From contig ACYB01000035.1 in assembly GCA_000175855.1 (NCBI GenBank), positions 180,001 to 212,000 on the forward strand: DNA of 32,000 nt, in the 5' to 3' direction. This stretch comes from Raphidiopsis brookii D9 (GTDB taxonomy: Bacteria; Cyanobacteriota; Cyanobacteriia; Cyanobacteriales; Nostocaceae). The notes below the pieces were generated by a model, which saw only the letters and a list, made by a program, of their open reading frames with translations, did no database searches and was not told where the DNA came from. Below are positions 25,768 through 32,000 of this stretch, piece after piece. A program made the translations under genes and the position numbers. Every line of letters starts with the position of its first letter. Position 1 is the stretch's first letter.

Positions 25768-26976
25768 TTAGCCAATTACAGTAGTTAGAGTCAATTCTGA
25801 TAGTTGATTCACTATTGTTTTACCAATCTCTAAGGAAGATGTAGCTGCAGGTGATGGTGCATTGCAAACATGAATAGAGTTGTCACCAGAAATGATCAAA
25901 AAATCATCTACTAGAGATCCATTATTCATTAATGCTTGAGCTCTAACTCCTGCATGGGTGGGTACTAAATCTTTTCCTTGTACTTCTGGAATTAGCTTCT
26001 GCAAACTTCTGACAAAAGCTGCTTTACTCCAGGACCGGATCATTTCTTGAATTCCTTCATCAGCATGTTTAGCTGCTAGTTTCCAAAAACCAGGATAGGT
26101 TATTACCTCCGTCAGATCTCTAAGATCAAAATCGGTTTTTTTGTAACCTTCTCTTTTAAAGCTCAAAACCGCATTTGGACCCGCATGGACTGTCCCGTCA
26201 ATCATCCGTGTAAAATGTACCCCTAAAAACGGGAAATCTGGGTTAGGAACTGGATAAATTAAACTTTTGACCAAATAGCGTTTTGTGGGGGTTAGTTCAT
26301 AATATTCTCCCCGAAAGGGAATGATTTTAGCATTAGGATTAGCCCCGCTTAATTTTGCCAAGCGATCACTATGTAATCCAGCACAATTGATGACAAATTT
26401 AGTTTCAAAACTACCCTGATTAGTTTCCAGCACTTGGTTTTTACCACTGCGCTGTATTTTTAAAACTTGGGTATTAAGGCGTAAATCTCCCCCTTGTTTT
26501 TTAATGATTTCAGCATATTTTAGGGAAACTTGTTTGTAGTTAACAATTCCAGTAGAGAGTACTCGAATTGCAGCAACACAACTTAGATGAGGTTCAATTT
26601 CCCTTGCTTCTTCCTGACTAATTTTTTTGACTGGAATACCATTTTCTAGACCTCTTTGATAGAGATTTTCCAATCTGGAAATTTCGGATAAATCTGTGGC
26701 TACAATAACTTTACCACAAATATCATGTTCTATATTATGTTCTTGGCAAAATTCTACCATTGAGCGACTGCCATCTCGGCAAAATTTTGCTTTAAAACTA
26801 CCAGGTTTATAGTAAATACCAGAATGAATAACACCACTGTTGTTGCCAGTTTGATGAAATGCCCATTCTGCTTCTTTTTCTAGGACTAAAATCCGGTTAT
26901 TAATATGGTGTTTACCCAAGGTCATAGCCGTGGCAAGTCCCACTATTCCACCGCCAATAATGGCAAAGTCATACAT
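25768..26976 (-). CDS. lhgO: L-2-hydroxyglutarate oxidase (FAD-dependent, LhgO/YgaF family)
   Basis: It aligns by eye along its whole length with E. coli LhgO as I recall it:
- MYDFAIIGGGIVGLATAM;
- HQTGNNSGVIHSGIYYKPGSFKAKFC;
- PFRGEYYEL;
- LIYPVPNPDFPFLGVHFTRMIDGTVHAGPNAVLSFKREGYKKTDF;
- HAGVRAQAL;
- IHVCNAPSPAATSSLEIG. Confidence 0.85.
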   Translation of the reverse strand: MYDFAIIGGGIVGLATAMTLGKHHINNRILVLEKEAEWAFHQTGNNSGVIHSGIYYKPGSFKAKFCRDGSRSMVEFCQEHNIEHDICGKVIVATDLSEISRLENLYQRGLENGIPVKKISQEEAREIEPHLSCVAAIRVLSTGIVNYKQVSLKYAEIIKKQGGDLRLNTQVLKIQRSGKNQVLETNQGSFETKFVINCAGLHSDRLAKLSGANPNAKIIPFRGEYYELTPTKRYLVKSLIYPVPNPDFPFLGVHFTRMIDGTVHAGPNAVLSFKREGYKKTDFDLRDLTEVITYPGFWKLAAKHADEGIQEMIRSWSKAAFVRSLQKLIPEVQGKDLVPTHAGVRAQALMNNGSLVDDFLIISGDNSIHVCNAPSPAATSSLEIGKTIVNQLSELTLTTVIG

Positions 26977-27004
26977 GATTATTTTTCCCTAAAATCATCA
27001 GCTA

Positions 27005-27781
27005 TTATTCCCATACTTTCCACGGTGCTTGATTACTTTTCCACAATTCATCTAAGTAGTTTTTATCTCTTAGAGTATCCATTGGTTGCCAAAATCCTTG
27101 ATGTTTAAAGGCTGATAATTGTTGCATATCAGCTAATTTTTCCAGAGGTTCCCCCTCCCAAACTGTATGGTCATCAAGAATAAAATTAATTACCTCTGGT
27201 TCTAAAACAAAATAACCGCCATTAATCCAAGCACCATCCCCCTCTGGTTTTTCTTTAAAACTGGTAATTTTAGTTTGTTCTTGTCCTAAAGAAATGGCCC
27301 CAAATCTTCCTGCTGGTTGGACAGCACTGAGGGTAGCTAAGGTTTTTTGGCTTTGGTGAAAATTAATTAGTTCGGTAATATTGATATTGCTAACACCATC
27401 TCCATAGGTAAAACAGAAAGTTTCATTACCAATATGTTCGCGCACTTTCTTCAATCTCCCACCTGTCATGGTATTATCGCCCGTATTTACCAAAGTAACC
27501 CGCCATGGTTCCGCATATCCCGAATGGATATTCATTTGATTAAATCTCATATCAAAAGTTACGTCTGACATGTGGAGGAAGTAGTTGGCAAAATACTCCT
27601 TAATAATGTAACCCTTATATCCACAACAAATGATAAAATCATTAATACCATGAGCTGAATATATTTTCATAATATGCCAAAGAATGGGCTTGCCACCTAC
27701 TTCTACCATTGGCTTAGGTCTAATACTAGTTTCTTCACTCAAACGTGTTCCTAAACCACCAGCTAGAATTACTGCTTTCAT
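27005..27781 (-). CDS. rfbF: Glucose-1-phosphate cytidylyltransferase (CDP-glucose pyrophosphorylase)
   Basis: MKAVILAGGLGTRLSEETSIRPKPMVEVGGKPILWHIMKIYSAHGINDFIICCGYKGYIIKEYF is near-identical to the canonical RfbF N-terminus. The 258-aa length is typical. Confidence 0.95.
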   Translation of the reverse strand: MKAVILAGGLGTRLSEETSIRPKPMVEVGGKPILWHIMKIYSAHGINDFIICCGYKGYIIKEYFANYFLHMSDVTFDMRFNQMNIHSGYAEPWRVTLVNTGDNTMTGGRLKKVREHIGNETFCFTYGDGVSNINITELINFHQSQKTLATLSAVQPAGRFGAISLGQEQTKITSFKEKPEGDGAWINGGYFVLEPEVINFILDDHTVWEGEPLEKLADMQQLSAFKHQGFWQPMDTLRDKNYLDELWKSNQAPWKVWE

Positions 27782-27981
27782 CTAAATACCTCTTTTTTGA
27801 TTTAAGTATTTGCCAGCACGACATAGAAATTATAGAGATCGGACTTGATGGTCTCCAACAAGTAAATTGTTTGGCTTGGTTTCCCTTTTTGATGGAACAT
27901 AATAGTAATTTAGCGAAAAAATCGCAACTGTTTATAAAGAGTCAGTAAATTTCGGGTGAGCCTTGAAATAAGATAATAGTC

Positions 27982-28019
27982 AAAAAAACGAGGAGACAGG
28001 TACTAGATATCTATCTCCT
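27982..28019 (-). terminator. Rho-independent terminator of the vWA-PP2C-kinase operon
   Basis: Minus-strand RNA reads AGGAGAUAG-(11-nt loop AUAUCUAGUAC)-CUGUCUCCU: a 9-bp stem with one G-U pair. It is followed by CG and U7. The stem begins 34 nt after the kinase stop codon. Confidence 0.75.
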
Positions 28020-28052
28020 TGTTTAGGAAAATATGCTCTTTCTTAATATATT

Positions 28053-30245
28053 TCAGGGATTTACACTATAAATAATCGATGAATTCTGTAAAAAATAATC
28101 GCACTTTTCTTCAGCAATAACACAAATATTACTGATAGCTTGCTGGTAGTTGTTGACATCCTTTTTATTTAGATATAATTGGGCAGATTTTTCTAAATCT
28201 TCCAGAGCTCGTTGCTGATTATTCCTGGCTGTCTTTTCTCCATATTGGGCTAATTCATAGTAAATCATTCCTCTTTTGAGGAACACCTCTGCCATTTCCG
28301 GATTAATATTTAATGCCTGGTCAAAATCTGCGATCGCCTGTTTGTATATTTCAGCATAATTACTGCTATATTGACCAAATTGGTAACGAGATAGACCGCG
28401 CTGGAAGTATGCTTCTGCTTTAAAAGGATTGAGTTTAATTGCTTGTGTAAAGTCAGAAATAGATTTTTTATATTCCTGTTGTGAGTTATGACTATACTTA
28501 GCTATTTGTGAACGAACAACACCTCTTCTAACATAAGCATCATCATCTTGTTTATTAATATTGATAGCATTGTTAAAACTATCTATAGCTTTTTTGTATT
28601 CATAATCTGGATCATTACTATAGTCAGCCAGCTTAAAATAAGCATTACCACTATTAATAAATGCCTTAACTTCCTGGGGATTTATCTTCAAAGCAATACT
28701 ATAGTCTGATAATGCTCCTTGATAATCATTTAAATTGTAGCGAGCATTGCCTCTATGCATATATAATTTGGAAAAATTAGTATTTTGTTTGATCCCTTGG
28801 GTGAAATCCTCAATTGCTTGTTGGTAGTCCTGCTGTTGATAAGCCTGATTACCACGCTGATAGTAATCATGAAAACTTAAACTTAATGGGGAGTGAACAT
28901 TTTCGCTTCTACTAGACAATAAACTTTGTTTAGTGTAAGGACTGGGAGAAATAAAAATACGGGTGAATTTGATCATAATATCCAAATAGCCCAATACACC
29001 CAAACCTAAAAATCCAAACATAAGAGCATAAAACTTAGACCTATTTGACATTTGTATAGGTTTATAAATAGCTGAACTTGATTTCAAAGAGGATTGAGTA
29101 TAGGTTACTAAGACAGGAGTAGCTGATTTACGAACATGAGAAGCATATCTATAACGCTTGCGAGATTTTGGTCGAGGTTGATGATATTCCCTAGCAGAGA
29201 TTGTTTGCAAAGATGGAAAAGGGTCTCTTCCCCCTAACTTCACAGTGCGTTCACACCAGGGACAGGTATTAAGGTCAAAATGATAAACATGTTGAGGGTT
29301 AACAGCACAAGATACCAAACTTGCTTCTGCGGTAGATAAAACCGATAGCCAGGTTTGGGCACTGGGGCGTAAATGAGGAGAATGATGACCATCCTCAAAA
29401 CAGCTGACAAATAGATCTCGCACAGCAGGATGAAGAGTTTGCCAACTAGGAGTAATGGGAGTAGGTAAATAGGGGACTTTTTGTTTTTGGCTATAGGTAA
29501 AATGGCCAGCTAGAATGCGGTACTCATAACTGGGGGGATCTCCTAAACCTTGAAAAACACCGGAAAAAGGGTGATTACCCTCCATTAAAAGCTGAAATAT
29601 CAATACCCCTAACCCGAACAAATCATGATAGGTTTCCCGATTATAATCAGCAAAGGTTTTATTCTGAAGTTCTGGGGGAGTATATTCTGGTTTACCCACC
29701 AAACATCGATAAACCCTACTTTGAGACAGATCTGGGACTTGAAAGGAATCCGTATCTACTAAACTGACTAAAGCCGTATTACTGACCAGAATATTTGATT
29801 CATTAACATCACCAATACAGTAATTACTTGCATGTAAAGCAGCAACAGCTGCAGCCAAATTGCGAGCAGTGCGCAGCAAATATTGATAATTAAATAGGGG
29901 ACAGTTTTGACGACGATTACCAGGATTATAAAAATCTATAATAGGAACCATGTCTCGTATCCGTGGCATTAAAAAGCCAATAATAGTATCACTACCATCT
30001 ACAGCAGTTAATAACTCCTGTGGCCAGGCTATGGAAATATGACCAAAACTGGCCGCAGGATTTGCAGGGGGGTTGGCAATCATGGCCTGCAGTTTCTTGA
30101 TATGGTCAGAACTGGGGCGATGATAAATTTTGGCGACTAAATTTTCATCGCTTGAAACCGTATAAATGAAGGCTTCACCCCCGCGTCCCAAATTTTCCCG
30201 TAAATCCAGAACCTCTTGATTGGAAAAATAACGTAGTACCCGCAT
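28053..30245 (-). CDS. Atypical Ser/Thr protein kinase (YegI-like) fused to a Cys/His cluster, one TM helix and a C-terminal TPR array
   Basis: Kinase core motifs:
- LGRGGEAFIY (Gly loop);
- VAKIY (Lys);
- IGDVNESNILV (catalytic Asp/Asn kept; the His-Arg of HRD absent);
- VDTDSF in place of DFG;
- GKPEYTPPE as the APE motif.
After the core come C-x5-H-x2-H-x5-C-x2-C (CAVNPQHVYHFDLNTCPWC), a basic linker and a TM helix (FYALMFGFLGLGVLGYLDIMI). About 7 TPR-like repeats then run to the C-terminus. Confidence 0.85.
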   Translation of the reverse strand: MRVLRYFSNQEVLDLRENLGRGGEAFIYTVSSDENLVAKIYHRPSSDHIKKLQAMIANPPANPAASFGHISIAWPQELLTAVDGSDTIIGFLMPRIRDMVPIIDFYNPGNRRQNCPLFNYQYLLRTARNLAAAVAALHASNYCIGDVNESNILVSNTALVSLVDTDSFQVPDLSQSRVYRCLVGKPEYTPPELQNKTFADYNRETYHDLFGLGVLIFQLLMEGNHPFSGVFQGLGDPPSYEYRILAGHFTYSQKQKVPYLPTPITPSWQTLHPAVRDLFVSCFEDGHHSPHLRPSAQTWLSVLSTAEASLVSCAVNPQHVYHFDLNTCPWCERTVKLGGRDPFPSLQTISAREYHQPRPKSRKRYRYASHVRKSATPVLVTYTQSSLKSSSAIYKPIQMSNRSKFYALMFGFLGLGVLGYLDIMIKFTRIFISPSPYTKQSLLSSRSENVHSPLSLSFHDYYQRGNQAYQQQDYQQAIEDFTQGIKQNTNFSKLYMHRGNARYNLNDYQGALSDYSIALKINPQEVKAFINSGNAYFKLADYSNDPDYEYKKAIDSFNNAININKQDDDAYVRRGVVRSQIAKYSHNSQQEYKKSISDFTQAIKLNPFKAEAYFQRGLSRYQFGQYSSNYAEIYKQAIADFDQALNINPEMAEVFLKRGMIYYELAQYGEKTARNNQQRALEDLEKSAQLYLNKKDVNNYQQAISNICVIAEEKCDYFLQNSSIIYSVNP

Positions 30246-30287
30246 AATTCAATGGTGATTAATAAACTCTATAAAACAAACCTTTTA

Positions 30288-31067
30288 TCAGCTACTAAAT
30301 GCTGCTAGTATCAATGTTAAATCATCATCTGTACGTTCAATTATTTTTCTAGAAGATAAAAAACTTGTTAACTGTTCTTGTGCTAGTTTATAGTCTTCAA
30401 TCTTGGTAACAAAATCAAACAAAGGTAAAAAGAAGGGTTGATGTGGTTGCTGAACTAGCATATTTAGAGCTAACATTTGTAGACCATCTGTAAGCACTCC
30501 AATATTAACTATGTTATGACGCAAAATTTGTATCTGAGTTGTAGTCACCGCTTCGGATGAAGTCAAAAATATGGTTTCATTGACATATTCGCCTCTGTGA
30601 GGAGTAGTCAGAGCTTGCAGTTTACCCGTGCTATCCCTAGTCACAGCCAAACCATCACCTATTTGTGCTACAGCTGCAAGTTTTGGGGTAGCAAGTACAA
30701 TAATTAAAGTAGTTGCTAGGTCAGATAGCTCATATTTGCTCACCTCAGCTTCCTTTTCCAAAGCCGTTTTGGCATTGATTATGGCATTGTGCAGCATCTC
30801 TCTTAATAGGGTATTATCAGCGATAATAGTGGCAATATCTTTCCGCTGGGATATATACTCTATAGCTGTTTGGGTCGCTATCACCGCTCCTGCTTTCCCT
30901 AGGTTCGCACAACCTGCTCCGTCTGCAACTGCTATTAATAATACATTATTGGGCAGTATATGCCAGTAGTAAGCATCTTGACACAACTGGTTACTTTTGG
31001 TGTGGCTGGTTCCACATACGGATGCGGCTGCTACTCGCCATTGAGCAACCTGTTTCGATGAGTTCAT
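30288..31067 (-). CDS. PP2C-family Ser/Thr phosphatase (PP2C_2 / PphC-YegK-like)
   Basis: VCGTSHTKSNQLCQDAY, LIAVADGAGCANLGKAGA, IGDGLAV, VLTDGL and DDDLTLILA are the acidic metal-ligand blocks of the bacterial PP2C_2 family. Confidence 0.85.
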   Translation of the reverse strand: MNSSKQVAQWRVAAASVCGTSHTKSNQLCQDAYYWHILPNNVLLIAVADGAGCANLGKAGAVIATQTAIEYISQRKDIATIIADNTLLREMLHNAIINAKTALEKEAEVSKYELSDLATTLIIVLATPKLAAVAQIGDGLAVTRDSTGKLQALTTPHRGEYVNETIFLTSSEAVTTTQIQILRHNIVNIGVLTDGLQMLALNMLVQQPHQPFFLPLFDFVTKIEDYKLAQEQLTSFLSSRKIIERTDDDLTLILAAFSS

Positions 31068-31112
31068 AATCGCATAATTGGTAGCTGATGGCTGGCTATT
31101 GTCAATATGTAT

Positions 31113-31811
31113 TTAGATAGAACCCCAACCGATAGGTGGTAGTGCTACTTGCTCTTCTAACTGAGAATGGGATACAGCGGACATACTGGCTGAAAGCCAC
31201 ACAAACATTTCTACAAAGTTGAGACCTTTGAGTTTCAGTGGAGTTCGCACGGCTATTTCATGGAGACGATGCATATTGGCATTTTCTACCCCTACCGTAA
31301 AAAAAGCTACTTTTTTATTGAACTCGTCTCCTCGTAGACGCTGGGTTGCTTCTTCTATAACCTCATCTATCTCACCTTGGGGTTCACCATCTGTAATCAT
31401 AAATACCCATGGACGATAGTAAGCAATGCCATTGGCACGATACTGGGATTTGCGCTCCTGAATTATTTCTAGGGCTTTATTAATTCCCGCTCCCATAGTT
31501 GTTAATCCCTGAGCTGTTAGAATAGGAGGAGTAAATTGGTCTACGGTCACAAAATCTTGCACCACGCTTACATAACTATCAAAAGTAACAATTGCTACTT
31601 CTACCCTTCTGGCAGCTAGGGTATTCTTAACCAGTTCATCTTTAAAACTCAGTAGACCCTGATTTAGTGCTTCAATTCTATCACCCTGCATGGATCCAGA
31701 CGTATCTAGCAGGAGTACACAAGGACACCGAGGTTCTGGATTTTCTGCAAACTCAACCACTTCATCTAAGGTAAAGGTATTCAGCATAATTTCTTGTGTG
31801 ATGTCTTCCAA
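31113..31811 (-). CDS. von Willebrand factor A (vWA) domain protein, TerY/YegL-like
   Basis: Complete MIDAS: VLLLDTSGSM (DxSxS), GLTTMG (Thr) and FMITDGEP (Asp). The track start is TTG at 31811; an ATG lies at 31787 (MLNTFTLDEV). A perfect minus-strand TATAAT is at 31834-31839. Confidence 0.85.
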   Translation of the reverse strand: MEDITQEIMLNTFTLDEVVEFAENPEPRCPCVLLLDTSGSMQGDRIEALNQGLLSFKDELVKNTLAARRVEVAIVTFDSYVSVVQDFVTVDQFTPPILTAQGLTTMGAGINKALEIIQERKSQYRANGIAYYRPWVFMITDGEPQGEIDEVIEEATQRLRGDEFNKKVAFFTVGVENANMHRLHEIAVRTPLKLKGLNFVEMFVWLSASMSAVSHSQLEEQVALPPIGWGSI

Positions 31812-32000
31812 GGTTCTGATTTCCTATTCTCAAATTATATAGTGTCTAGACTGTGGGGACTACAATTATTGCATCTGGTGGTAAATAAACAGAATTTGGT
31901 CTCCCAATTATTTCCCATTTAATTCTCCAGTCCAGGAAACTTGAGCATTACCATATAGTTTGTTACTGTCTAATTAATCTAAAGGTACACAATATTATAA

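Noticed and set aside
30628-30969. 113-aa plus-strand ORF antisense to the PP2C gene.
   Set aside because: This is a shadow frame of a confidently assigned CDS. Its Ala/Ser/Ile-rich translation has no motif and no start-site signals.
1-32000. A scan for CRISPR arrays, transposases or IS ends, toxin-antitoxin pairs, restriction-modification genes or other known defence genes.
   Set aside because: No spaced direct repeats, no inverted terminal repeats flanking an ORF, and no ORF with nuclease, transposase or methylase motifs were recognisable. Apart from the vWA-PP2C-kinase triad, nothing here resembles a defence locus.

Overview
This is an AT-rich cyanobacterial chromosomal window. It has 9 perfect HIP1 octamers (GCGATCGC), and the gene content points to a heterocyst-forming Nostocales genome. 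All calls rest on motif recognition in the supplied ORF translations and on reading the DNA by eye; no searches were run.

Layout:
- 1-1765: housekeeping genes. These are a PEBP-family gene 3' end, a secreted TPR protein, a small conserved cyanobacterial protein and tRNA-Pro(CGG).
- 2088-4388: a large secreted beta-propeller protein with no assignable family.
- 4569-6530: a plus-strand PIG-L deacetylase + GT4 pair, convergent with an aspartoacylase-family gene.
- 7585-27781: a co-directional minus-strand polysaccharide island of 17 genes. It encodes rfbF, lhgO, an SDR epimerase, GT2, a PhyH-like oxygenase, an RmlC-like epimerase, a SAF-domain oxidoreductase, GT4, a Wzc/GumC-like co-polymerase, a degenerate HepC-like phosphoglycosyl transferase, GT8, a HepA-like ABC exporter, an unassigned 396-aa protein, GT2, GT4, GT2 and a Wzy_C membrane protein. 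From memory this is collinear with the Anabaena PCC 7120 heterocyst envelope polysaccharide (HEP) island.
- 28053-31811: a separately terminated operon immediately upstream of the island. It encodes a vWA protein, a PP2C phosphatase and an atypical Ser/Thr kinase with a TM + TPR tail (TerY-P / YegL-YegK-YegI type triad).

Best candidates for uncharacterised biology:
- the vWA-PP2C-kinase triad;
- the non-canonical CDP-hexose branch, which has no 4,6-dehydratase but does have LhgO and a 2OG-oxygenase-like protein;
- the catalytically degenerate, truncated HepC-like protein;
- the orphan beta-propeller protein.

I found no CRISPR array, transposase, integrase or rRNA.
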